The notes beneath the pieces are model-generated. The model had not been told where the DNA came from. It worked only from the letters and a program-made list of their open reading frames with translations, and did no database searches. A DNA stretch of 64,000 nt from Candidatus Neptunichlamydia sp. GTDB taxonomy: Bacteria; Chlamydiota; Chlamydiia; Chlamydiales; Simkaniaceae. Positions 1 through 9,496 of the stretch are shown piece by piece. How positions within the stretch are numbered: position 1 is the first letter of the stretch; each line of letters begins with the position of its first letter. Position numbers and translations under genes: made by a program. The stretch lies in the NCBI GenBank assembly GCA_965233865.1, contig OZ247587.1:864001-928000 (forward strand), given 5' to 3'.

Positions 1-1
1 T

Positions 2-148
2 GCAAACCCTTCGAAACATTGCCCTAATTGGAATAACTTTCATACTAATAGGCAGAAAGCATTACTAGAAAAATTATGGCCTGAGAAAATCCAAAAGTTC
101 CAAGGGCAAAAAGAAATTATGGAGGGGATTTTATGTCAAATGGAGTAA
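2..148 (+). CDS. 3' end of a gene running in from the left edge; candidate polymorphic toxin C-terminal tip
   Basis: Frame 2 is open from the edge to TAA 146-148 (ANPSKHCPNWNNFHTNRQKALLEKLWPEKIQKFQGQKEIMEGILCQME*). It is followed 3 bp later by a small acidic ORF. The toxin call is recalled resemblance only. Confidence 0.5.
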   Translation, partial: ANPSKHCPNWNNFHTNRQKALLEKLWPEKIQKFQGQKEIMEGILCQME

Positions 149-151
149 GAA

Positions 152-394
152 ATGATGAGAAAAGATAGCCTACATAATTATGTTAACGAAATTACATCCA
201 TTCTTAAAGAAAGAGCTAAAAAAGCAAAGGAAGACGCAGATCATCCAGAAGAAAGAAATGAAGATTTTAATGACGGATTTCTTATGGCTTATCACCAAAT
301 GATCACAACAATGAAAAACCAAGCTCCAGTCTTCCATATTGATGAAAAAGACATTGGTCTAGAAGACATAGAACCGGAAAGAGACCTACTTTGA
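152..394 (+). CDS. Small acidic hypothetical protein, candidate immunity protein
   Basis: 80 aa, GGAG RBS at 142-145, tightly coupled to the upstream ORF. Motif G..MAY...I..M..QA..F.I...DIGL.DIEPERDLL. Confidence 0.65.
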   Translation: MMRKDSLHNYVNEITSILKERAKKAKEDADHPEERNEDFNDGFLMAYHQMITTMKNQAPVFHIDEKDIGLEDIEPERDLL

Positions 395-535
395 TCTAAA
401 ACACCATCAACAACTGCCCATTTCCGCTATTGTCTTCTCTTATGAATAAATCCTGTTGAGCGCCGAAGCTTGACTCTAAAGACCGCTCTAATAATTGTTG
501 CATTTCTTTATCTGTTAACATCTCCCAAAGCATAT

Positions 536-1575
536 TGATCTTCCCCCGAAAAATAGGACAGTTATGATATAGATTTCTCGAACTTAAAGAGGAGTAAAAG
601 CAAATGATGAATTTAAAGGGAATGCGGTCAAGTTAGTGAGAGAAGAGGTAGCAAGTGATCTGGGTATAGGTGTTTCCACGCTAAAAGTATGGCTCAGTAA
701 GCATGACCGTGGCCGATTGATTAAGATTGAGAAGCAGGCAAGGGAAGAAGAAGAGATTAAGCGGTTGAAAAAAGAAAATAGGATCTTAAAGCAGGAAAGA
801 GAAATCTTAAAAAAGGCCATGGGCATTTTCTCCTCGATGTCAAAAGGAAAAAGAGTTCAAGAAGAAGAGAAGCTTACCGAAGAAGTAGAACAGATTTTTT
901 ATGAGCACAAAAAACGATATGGAAGCCCAAGAATTTTTATGGAACTGAAGGAAAAAGGGGTGCACTGTAGTGAAAAGAGATTTGCTAACATTATGAAGAA
1001 GAACAATTTAGTTGCAAAACAAAGAAAGAAAAGGAAAGAAGTTAGTAGTAAAAGAGAAGAAGCCGAACTTACTTAACCAGAATTTTACGGCAGAGAAAAA
1101 GAATGCTAAATGGGTCAGCGATATTACCTATATAAGGACAGGCAAAGGGTGGGCATATTTATGTACAGTCATAGATCTTTATTCTAGGAAAATCGTTGGG
1201 CATTCCATCAAAAAGCATATGAGAAAAAAACTGCTCATACAAGCTTTAGAGCAGGCAGTCTCAAGAAGAGGAGCTGTAGAAGGGATAATATTTCATAGCG
1301 ATCAAGGATCACAATACGGCTCTGAAGCAATAGATAAAAGTCTAAAGAAAAACAACATGATTGGAAGCATGAGTGGAAAAGGAAGTTGCTATGACAATGC
1401 CCCAATGGAAAGTTTTTTCAATTCTCTTAAGAGAGAATGCGTAGGAGCTGTTGAAAAGGAAATATTTAACTATATAGAATGCTACTATAACAATAAGAAA
1501 AGGCATTCAACATTGGGATATTTGAGCCCGGTGAAATTTGAAGAAAAAAGTGTCTATAAAAACGGGGGAAGATCA
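536..1575 (+). mobile_element. Degenerate IS3-family insertion sequence (1040 bp)
   Basis: Terminal inverted repeats TGATCTTCCCCCGAAAAATAGGACA (536-560) and TGTCTATAAAAACGGGGGAAGATCA (1551-1575), with TG...CA ends. Contains orfA HTH and orfB DDE remnants. No target duplication seen. Confidence 0.92.
636..1575 (+). pseudogene. IS3-family transposase, internally deleted and frameshifted
   Basis: OrfA (VASDLGIGVSTLKVW...ILKKA) runs in frame into YGSPRI. A +1 shift near 1040 leads to WVSDITY / HSDQGSQY / DNAPMESFF (D,D,E). Segments are missing and there is no stop inside the element. Confidence 0.85.
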
Positions 1576-1665
1576 TCTTGCAAAAAATCAATTCCATCTT
1601 GTAAACCATTATATTGTAATGACCTATTTTCTCTATCAGAAACTGACAAACCAATACTACTGGCG

Positions 1666-2913
1666 ATGCCAAAAAGACTAACCCCTGCTTTCACTGCCGC
1701 GCTTGTTCTTCTAAGCCTCATGATCATTGCCTTTTTTTTGGGCCTGTATCCCTCAGGACAAAAAGAAAGTGGACGCTTTAAAATTCAAGAAGTGAAAAAA
1801 AATGTCAGCCCTATCCAAACCACCATTGCCTACATCGGAACGTTAGACTCTCTTCCCTGCCGCATCTACCTTCGAAAGAGTGACAACCGCCCCCTTGCTA
1901 ACAAAGACTATTTTTTTTCAAAAGGGACCCTTCGCGAGCGAGTGAAAGGGCACTATATTTTCAAACCAGAGTCCCCATGGGAACCGATTGAAAAAACCTG
2001 GAGCCTTGCTGAATGGCGCTTTCAGATAAAAGAGAAAGTCAAGAAACAGATCCATACCCGTTTTAAAAACCCCAAAGTTGCAGTGCTCCTTTCGGGCCTT
2101 GCCACGGGAAACCTTGAAAACCCCTATCTTTCTTACCACTTTGGATCCGTTGGGCTGGCTCACTTGCTCGCCATTTCAGGATTCCATTTTGCCCTACTTA
2201 CTTTCTTTCTCTCCTCTATCCTCAAACGGATTTTTTCCGAAAAACTCCTAGCCTTAATCCTCATTCTCCTTTTAGGAACCTACTTTTTTTATATGGGTGG
2301 GGGGCCATCAATTAGCCGAGCATGGATCGGTGTGTTGCTTTACCTTGTCGGAATCCTATTCGGATACCGTACAACTCCGCTCAACGCCCTTGGTGTAGCC
2401 CTTCTATTTGCTCTGATTTCTAATCCGTTTGTGATCACAAACGTGGGGTTTCAACTCAGCTTCAGTGCAACCCTCGGCATCATTCTTTTTTACCGCAGAT
2501 TGGAAGAACAGCTGACTGTGCTTCTACCAAAGCGCCCCTATCATGTGATTACTGAAACGTCCACACTCGATCAATGCGGCTACATTCTTTGCGCCTATCT
2601 CCGCAAAGGACTTGCCCTCCAAGGGAGCGTTCTAGCCTTTACCCTTCCCCTGATCCTCTTTCATTTTGAGACATTCCCCCTAATTTCTCTTTTTTATAAC
2701 CTCTTCGTCCCCTTCCTCTTTGCCGCTTTGCTTGCTCTTTTTCTGCTCCATGCAGACATGCTTGCATCTCCAATCGCTTCCTTTTTGGTCACACTCATTG
2801 AGGGAGCACCCCGAAAGCTTCTCTTCAAGATCAACATCGTGCAAGCACTGTTTCTTAGCAGCGCTATTTTAGGCTTTGTATATTGGAAATCTTTTCGAAA
2901 ATGCAAAAAGTAA
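1666..2913 (+). CDS. comEC: ComEC/Rec2 family competence membrane protein
   Basis: GLAHLLAISGFH, SISRA and VGFQLSFSAT competence-domain motifs, many TM segments. Probable start is ATG 1666 inside the 1012-2913 ORF. Confidence 0.9.
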   Translation: MPKRLTPAFTAALVLLSLMIIAFFLGLYPSGQKESGRFKIQEVKKNVSPIQTTIAYIGTLDSLPCRIYLRKSDNRPLANKDYFFSKGTLRERVKGHYIFKPESPWEPIEKTWSLAEWRFQIKEKVKKQIHTRFKNPKVAVLLSGLATGNLENPYLSYHFGSVGLAHLLAISGFHFALLTFFLSSILKRIFSEKLLALILILLLGTYFFYMGGGPSISRAWIGVLLYLVGILFGYRTTPLNALGVALLFALISNPFVITNVGFQLSFSATLGIILFYRRLEEQLTVLLPKRPYHVITETSTLDQCGYILCAYLRKGLALQGSVLAFTLPLILFHFETFPLISLFYNLFVPFLFAALLALFLLHADMLASPIASFLVTLIEGAPRKLLFKINIVQALFLSSAILGFVYWKSFRKCKK

Positions 2914-3237
2914 AGCTGCAAGATTGGCTCCAATTATTAGAGAAGCTAACCTTCCAGTTGATTTTTAAGAATTCTACTCCTAACACCGCCCTCCAATCAA
3001 TTTTTTAATCAATTTAATTGACTAGATTAGCTGTCTGCTCTTTACAAGAAAAAAATCCGTCGATTAACATCGAAAAATTTACACTTAAATTATTGATTAT
3101 GTGATATTTAAAAATCAAATTCACGTTGAATATTATTTATTACCTTTGCCGATCTCTGAACGAAAAATATTTTTTGAATGTTCCTGAGGGATTGACCTAA
3201 AATCTCTCAATCAGTAAAAATGCTTAGTTCACGCGAT

Positions 3238-3311
3238 GGCGGTCGTAGCTCAGTTGGTAGAGCACTTGATTGTGATTCAAGACGTCGCGGGTTCAAGTCC
3301 CGTCGATCGCC
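3238..3311 (+). tRNA. tRNA-His(GUG), with G-1; CCA not encoded
   Basis: Acceptor stem GCGGTCG/CGATCGC, D arm AGCTCAGTTGGTAGAGC, anticodon arm CTTGA-TTGTGAT-TCAAG, T loop GGTTCAAGTCC, C73 discriminator. Confidence 0.96.
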
Positions 3312-3703
3312 CTCTTTTTAGGTAACCACTCTCCCTATTTAATATGTTCCTTTCTACTATGGGACCCTTGACCGAAATGACTTCGGTAATATAGGGCTAT
3401 TGTTAGAAAAACTATCTAACTAATCCTTGTCCCTAAGAATAAATCGAATCCTTTGAAAGAATTTTAAAGAGTTTTTCGACAATAGAATCCTAAAAAATTT
3501 GCCTTTGAGATTGCGGAAATTTTTGTTAGACTAAGGGATATGCACCTACCCCATTATTATAAACAACACCCTTTTGGGCTTTTGCCCACAGAATTTGGTT
3601 CCTTTTTTTACCATAATTTACTAAGTATGGCGTACAAAGAGGAATCAAATTTTGAAAAAAAATACCTCAAAATTCTGACATTTGTAATAGATGGGATAGG
3701 TTC

Positions 3704-5950
3704 ATGAACAATAAGAAACAAACACATCCAGAGATTAAAGGTCTCCTAACATTAATTGGGAGCATTCTTTTGGGTCTTTGTTTTCTTAGCTTCGTGCACG
3801 GATCGCCGCAAGCAAATTGGCTAGGAATGATTGGTTACGGCCTTGGCCTTGGTCTGATGTGGTCCCTCGGAATTTCTGCGTATTTAGTAGTGGCCTATCT
3901 TGGCTGGATTGGTTGGAAGATGCTAATGGGGGGAACCCCTAGGCTCCTTCGAATGAAAACAGTATATTTTGGGATTGGGATTCTCTCTTTGTCGATGCTC
4001 CTCAACTTACTTGCCGAAAATGGGGGTCTTTCAAGTGGTTTTATTCAGGAAAAACTCTACTCTGAAATCTATTTAAGCAGTTATCCATTCCCTCACAAAG
4101 TGGTTCGCTTCAACTTGGGCGGGGTTCCCCTTTACTACTTGCTAAGAGATGTTCCGACATTCAATTTGCAGCGCTTGCTTAGCAACGTTGGAGTGTTCAT
4201 TACCTTCTCTCTGACAGGAATGATGGCGCTTATTCTTTTTACCAACACACGTGTCATTCCTCTTACAAAGAATCTTTGGTCTTTGATAAAGATCGCAGGA
4301 AATTTTTTGAAGAAGGTAGCAGCAGACTTTAAACCCACTCGAGTGAAAAAACAGCACAGAATCATCGCTCCACCTCCCTTGCAGACTGTTAAGTCTCCAT
4401 CTTATGAAGAAGAAGACGAAGAAATTTCCGACTTAAAAATCTCAACACATTTAGAAAAAAGACCCACACCTGGTCGTGTGAAAAAAAACATGGATACGAA
4501 AACGTATGTGGGAGCTTTCAAAAGATTTCGCCTTCCCCCACTTAATCTGCTGACCAATGCGAAAAAACTCGATAAGCCGACACTAAAAAAAGATCTCGAA
4601 AAGCAGGCAAGGGTCCTTGAAGAAACGCTTCTAAGTTTTGGAGTGGAAGGAAAAGTTGGAGAGATTAATTGCGGCCCTACAATTACCTCATTTGAAATCC
4701 ACCCACCTGTTGGGGTCAAGGTTCAGAAAATTAAAGTTCTTGAAAACGATATTGCTCTCAATTTGCAAGCCAAATCGATTCGGATTATTGCCCCGATTCC
4801 TGGAAAGGCCGCTGTTGGTGTGGAAGTTCCCTCCCTTTACCCGCAAGAAGTCGGTTTCAAGGAAATGCTCGGTGAATATCAGAAGGGAAATAAAAAGCTC
4901 CATATCCCCCTAATGATGGGGCAGACGGTTACGGGGGAAAATGTCATTTCTGATCTCACCAAGATGCCTCATTGCATCATTGCCGGAGCAACAGGATCAG
5001 GAAAGTCTGTTTGCATTAACAGTATTGTGATGTCGATTCTCATGACAGCTCGCCCTGATGAAGTAAAGCTCCTTCTTGTCGATCCTAAGAAAGTCGAGCT
5101 TAGTTCCTATGCAAACCTCCCTCATATGATTGCGCCAGTGATCACAGAAGCACATGGTGCATATGCAGCATTAAATTGGCTTGTAAAAGAAATGGGCTAC
5201 CGCTATGAAATGCTTAAACGGCTAAAACTGCGCAATATACATGCTTTTAACAATCGAAGGGTAAACCCTGAAAGGGAAGCAGAACTGGAGATAGAAATCC
5301 CCCGCAAAATGCCCTACATTGTTGCAATTATCGATGAGTTTGCCGATCTAATGATGGCTTCTAGTGCTGATCTAGAAACACCCATTGCGCGCATTGCACA
5401 GATGGCGCGAGCCGTTGGAATTCATCTTATTTTAGCCACACAACGTCCTTCACGTGAAGTAATTACAGGTCTGATTAAAGCCAACTTTCCTAGCCGTATT
5501 TCTTTCAAAGTAGCGAGTCGGGTCAATAGCCAGATTATCCTCGATGAAAATGGAGCCGAAAGTCTTCTTGGGAATGGAGACCTTCTCTTCCTTCCGCCCG
5601 GCTCTCATGTCCTCACCCGAGCCCAGGGCGTTTTTATCCGTGATGAAGATATCAACCGAGTGATTGACTGTATCGAATGCCAAGCAGGACCAAATTATCT
5701 TATCAAATCATTTGACCAAATGGCAGAGACAGAGCTCGCTTCTGAAGGCGCGGGATCAGGAAAGGATGACCTTTATTCTCAAGCCCATCAAATCATCACC
5801 GAAACGGGAACCGCCTCAACCACTTTCCTTCAAAGGAAGCTCAAGATCGGTTACGCCCGCGCAGCTTCACTCATGGACGAGCTCGAGTCCAACGGAGTGA
5901 TTGGTTCCCAAGACGGCAGCCGCCGTAGGGTTTTACTTAAAAAAGACTAG
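3704..5950 (+). CDS. ftsK: DNA translocase FtsK
   Basis: N-terminal TM segments, Walker A GATGSGKS, IIDEFADLMM, ATQRPS, gamma domain LQRKLKIGYARAA. Confidence 0.97.
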   Translation: MNNKKQTHPEIKGLLTLIGSILLGLCFLSFVHGSPQANWLGMIGYGLGLGLMWSLGISAYLVVAYLGWIGWKMLMGGTPRLLRMKTVYFGIGILSLSMLLNLLAENGGLSSGFIQEKLYSEIYLSSYPFPHKVVRFNLGGVPLYYLLRDVPTFNLQRLLSNVGVFITFSLTGMMALILFTNTRVIPLTKNLWSLIKIAGNFLKKVAADFKPTRVKKQHRIIAPPPLQTVKSPSYEEEDEEISDLKISTHLEKRPTPGRVKKNMDTKTYVGAFKRFRLPPLNLLTNAKKLDKPTLKKDLEKQARVLEETLLSFGVEGKVGEINCGPTITSFEIHPPVGVKVQKIKVLENDIALNLQAKSIRIIAPIPGKAAVGVEVPSLYPQEVGFKEMLGEYQKGNKKLHIPLMMGQTVTGENVISDLTKMPHCIIAGATGSGKSVCINSIVMSILMTARPDEVKLLLVDPKKVELSSYANLPHMIAPVITEAHGAYAALNWLVKEMGYRYEMLKRLKLRNIHAFNNRRVNPEREAELEIEIPRKMPYIVAIIDEFADLMMASSADLETPIARIAQMARAVGIHLILATQRPSREVITGLIKANFPSRISFKVASRVNSQIILDENGAESLLGNGDLLFLPPGSHVLTRAQGVFIRDEDINRVIDCIECQAGPNYLIKSFDQMAETELASEGAGSGKDDLYSQAHQIITETGTASTTFLQRKLKIGYARAASLMDELESNGVIGSQDGSRRRVLLKKD

Positions 5951-6176
5951 CCCTAAAAATTTGCTCAAGTAATATACAATTTAGGAAGCGGTGTATTCCC
6001 CTATGGGCAATAAGCGAAAAATTCTTATTGCATGTACCTCTAATGCGTTTTCTGTTAATTCCTTAACATTGAAAGAAAGAACTTCAAATTTGTAACAGCA
6101 AAAATGAGGCCTGCTACTATGAAGAACCTCCAAGAATGTGGCCTCAATATCAAGATGGACATTGCCTACGATGGCC

Positions 6177-6944
6177 TTATGATTCCGTTATAATTTGACT
6201 AACTTTTTCTTGATAAGCGATCGAAATAGAAATTTCCCGCTCTGCCCGTTCTTTCACCCGCTTTATCGCAAGTTCAGGATTGTTACATTCAGCTGAAAGA
6301 TGAGCCAAATAGACATGCTTTAATCCCTCATGATCGATCTCTTTCACAAGATCTGCACATGCATCATTTGATAGATGTCCTTGCCGCCCAAGCACCCTTT
6401 GTTTGTAAATCATCGGCCGGTTGCACGCATAAACCATCGACGGCTCATGATTCGCCTCAATATAGAGATAATTACACTCTAAAAGATGAGCCCGCACAAG
6501 AGTTGTGACAAATCCAAGATCCGCGCATATACCAATCTTTATCTCCCCAAAACGAATCGTAAAGGCGACAGGATCAAGCGTGTCATGCTGCACGCTAAAG
6601 GGGTGAATTTCCATCTCTCCATACTCAAACGTTTCTCCAGTTGAAAAGATCTTAAAGCGCGGACGCTCCTTCATTTCCCCAATTGCAGCCTTTGCCGTTT
6701 CGCTATTCGCAAAAACTGGAACGCCTAACTTATTTGCCGTCTTTTCAAGGCCCCGAATATGATCCCCATGTTCATGGGTGACAAGGATCGCATCAATTTC
6801 TCCTATATCGACATCGATCTCCCCCAGCTTTTCACTAAGAGCTTTAAAACTAATTCCCGCATCAATTAAGAGTTTCGTCTCCCTTGTGCCAATATAAATG
6901 GCATTCCCTTTTGAACCCGATGCTAATGGACAAAACTTAAACAT
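6177..6944 (-). CDS. MBL-fold metallo-hydrolase (YycJ/WalJ/PhnP-like)
   Basis: LASGSKGN, THEHGDH, EANH, GHLSN, LAHLS motifs. Confidence 0.9.
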   Translation of the reverse strand: MFKFCPLASGSKGNAIYIGTRETKLLIDAGISFKALSEKLGEIDVDIGEIDAILVTHEHGDHIRGLEKTANKLGVPVFANSETAKAAIGEMKERPRFKIFSTGETFEYGEMEIHPFSVQHDTLDPVAFTIRFGEIKIGICADLGFVTTLVRAHLLECNYLYIEANHEPSMVYACNRPMIYKQRVLGRQGHLSNDACADLVKEIDHEGLKHVYLAHLSAECNNPELAIKRVKERAEREISISIAYQEKVSQIITES

Positions 6945-7074
6945 AATACAAGGGGTTTACCAGGAAATGAAAATTCTTTCTACAAAAAAATCAATCTCTT
7001 ACACATATATTATTAAACCAATGTTGACATTTTTAATTCATAATAATTATACAAAGAAACTAACAAGGATTTTT

Positions 7075-7338
7075 ATGAATCGGCAAGAAATACTAAATGA
7101 AATCGATGCAACATTAGATCAACTGATCAAAAATGCCGCAGCACTCAAAGAGGTCGCAGATGATACCCACCTTTTTGCCGCTCTTCACAAAACTCAAGAA
7201 AGTCTCCTGGCTCATCTCATCCATCTTGATGATTTTCTCGACAATCCATCCAAAGCCCAGAATAAAAAACGGGAGCTTCTTACAGAGCTCTCTAAAAAGC
7301 CCACAACTCGCCGCAAACGCGCCAAACAAACCACTTAA
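7075..7338 (+). CDS. Small helical hypothetical protein with basic C-terminus
   Basis: ATG 7075 with AAGGA upstream. MNRQEILNEIDATLDQLIKNA...TQESLLAHL. The longer ORF start overlaps the divergent gene and is unlikely. Confidence 0.65.
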   Translation: MNRQEILNEIDATLDQLIKNAAALKEVADDTHLFAALHKTQESLLAHLIHLDDFLDNPSKAQNKKRELLTELSKKPTTRRKRAKQTT

Positions 7339-7459
7339 TACCATTCAACCCCAATTGGGGAGGAATCCCTTCTATCAGTAATAAAAGGGGGGAATTCCTT
7401 TTCAAAGCATTCTGCGGCACTTCTAAGGGCGTTTTATACCTATTTGATTTGGCAGGCGT

Positions 7460-9496
7460 TTAGTATGTGGAGAGAGTTCGGATGGCACTCTCGAGGTCTC
7501 CCTTTTGAGGGAGAACGACATCTTCTAATTGTTTGGCGTAAGGAACGCAGGTATTCTTGCCACCAAGGCGCTTAAGAGGTGCATCAAGAAGTTCAAAAGC
7601 CTGCTCCGAAATTTGAGCAGCAACTTCGGCACCAAACCCGCACATCACAGGGGCTTCATGCACAATCAATACTTTGCTTGTTTTCTCGATTGAAGTTATA
7701 ACAGTCTCAATATCAAGAGGTACGATCGTTCGAAGATCAATAATTTCAACGGAAATTCCTTCGCCTTCAAGTTTTTGTGCCACTTCTGAGGCCATATGAA
7801 CCATGAGTCCCCAAGCGACAAGGGTGACATCCGTTCCTTCGTGAACAATAGAAGCTTTGGCAAGAGGGATGATTTCATCTTTTGTCGGTTCAGGTTTTGC
7901 AGAGAACACGCGCTGGCGATAGAGTGCTTTGTGTTCAAGGAAAATGACAGGATTAGGATCTCGAATGGCACTTTTTAAAAGCATCTTTGCATCAGCTGCG
8001 TTGCTAGGCATCACAACTTTAAGACCAGGGCAATGAGCCAAAAAGGCTTCTATATTTTGTGAATGGTAGGGACCTCCCTGGATGTATCCACCAGAGGGCA
8101 TGCGGATCACAATGGGACAGTTCCATTCACCATTTGCACGGTAACTAAAGCTGGCAAGTTCGTTGTAAAGCTGGTTAAACCCGGTCCAGATATAGTCAGC
8201 AAACTGAATTTCTACGACAGGTTTAAAGTGGCTATGAACAGAAAGACCTATAGCTGTTCCAACGATCGTGGACTCTGCAAGTGGGGTGTTAAAACACCGT
8301 TCTTCACCATATTTATCTGTTAAGCCTCGGGTGATTCCAAAAACTCCCCCCTTTCCGCGAGCAACATCTTGCCCAAAAACAATGACGCCAGAATCCTTTT
8401 CCATTTCTTCGTCTATAGCATGATTGATCGCATCCATAATCACAACGCTTTCACCCCTCTTTTCTGGAGTTTCATTAAACGCGGTGTCAACATCTTTGTA
8501 AATATGATCAAGGACTCGCTCGGGATCTTGAAGAGGAAACTCCTCTCCTTCTATGGCCGCGGTTTCAATCTCTTCTTGAATCTTTTCGCGAAGCGTTTCA
8601 ATCTCTTCTTGAATGAGTATATTGTTTTTAAGTAGGTAATCTTCAAGACGAGGAATCGGATCACGCGCAACATCATCTGCAAAGTGATCATCGGTTTTAT
8701 ATTTTTTTGGATCGTCGCTACTGCTATGGGCTCCAAGACGGGGAACCTTCGCAACAATAAGAGTGGGCCCCTCTAACTTGCGCCCCTTTTGAACAGCAGC
8801 ATGAAGTACCTTTGATACGGCCTCATAATCGCATCCATCGATTTCATGAACGGTTAGATTAGTGTATCCCTTCGCCATGTGCGCGATAGAGCCTCCTGCT
8901 GTCTGATCTTCAACAGGAACAGAAATCGCCCATCCATTATCCTGGATCACAAAGATCACTCCTAGCTTGTGAAGACATGAATAGTTTAGGGCTTCATGGA
9001 AATCCCCTTGCGAGGTAGATCCATCGCCACCAGACACGTAAACAACCTCATCCGTTCCAGCGAGTCGAGAAGCTTTGGCCACACCAGCTGCTTGTAGAAA
9101 CTGAGAACCGACAACACTTGATTGACACGGAATACGGAGCTGCTTATGGGAGAAATGGTCGGGCATCATGCGTCCCCCAGAGTGGTGGGGAACTTCTCTG
9201 GCTAAGAAAGCACCAAATATTTCACTGAGATCGCATCCAAGGCCAATGGCGAAGGCGCGGTCGCGATAGTAAGGAAAACCCCAATCTTTTCCGGCAGTGA
9301 GGGCATGGCCAGACATAACACCAATAAGTTCATGGCCACCCGTATATAGGTGGAAAGTTCCTCCCTTATTTTGCCGAACAAGCTTCTGCATTTTCTCATC
9401 CATGAAGCGTGCACGATAGATGTCCTCAAGCGCGCTATAACACCTTTTTTTGGAAGCAAGATCAAGAAGCTCTAGCATGGGCATGGTTGTGACCAT
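7460..9496 (-). CDS. 2-oxoacid (probably branched-chain) dehydrogenase E1, fused alpha/beta subunits
   Basis: TPP motif GDGSTSQGDFHEALN...QDN, HSSSDD, then beta-subunit FGQDV, NTPLAE, EIQFADY, YHSQ. Confidence 0.93.
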   Translation of the reverse strand: MVTTMPMLELLDLASKKRCYSALEDIYRARFMDEKMQKLVRQNKGGTFHLYTGGHELIGVMSGHALTAGKDWGFPYYRDRAFAIGLGCDLSEIFGAFLAREVPHHSGGRMMPDHFSHKQLRIPCQSSVVGSQFLQAAGVAKASRLAGTDEVVYVSGGDGSTSQGDFHEALNYSCLHKLGVIFVIQDNGWAISVPVEDQTAGGSIAHMAKGYTNLTVHEIDGCDYEAVSKVLHAAVQKGRKLEGPTLIVAKVPRLGAHSSSDDPKKYKTDDHFADDVARDPIPRLEDYLLKNNILIQEEIETLREKIQEEIETAAIEGEEFPLQDPERVLDHIYKDVDTAFNETPEKRGESVVIMDAINHAIDEEMEKDSGVIVFGQDVARGKGGVFGITRGLTDKYGEERCFNTPLAESTIVGTAIGLSVHSHFKPVVEIQFADYIWTGFNQLYNELASFSYRANGEWNCPIVIRMPSGGYIQGGPYHSQNIEAFLAHCPGLKVVMPSNAADAKMLLKSAIRDPNPVIFLEHKALYRQRVFSAKPEPTKDEIIPLAKASIVHEGTDVTLVAWGLMVHMASEVAQKLEGEGISVEIIDLRTIVPLDIETVITSIEKTSKVLIVHEAPVMCGFGAEVAAQISEQAFELLDAPLKRLGGKNTCVPYAKQLEDVVLPQKGDLESAIRTLSTY

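Noticed and set aside
1012..1665. Treating the whole 633-aa ORF as one ordinary gene
   Set aside because: The first part lies inside IS3 inverted repeats, so it was annotated as IS plus comEC. The read-through is kept only as a finding.
3312..3700. Integrated element or MITE at tRNA-His (short GGGAC...GTCCC inverted match, small hairpin)
   Set aside because: No integrase, no duplicated tRNA 3' end seen, and the match is too short to support.
7460..9496. E1 alpha/beta fusion as a novelty
   Set aside because: Already well known in chlamydiae and other bacteria.
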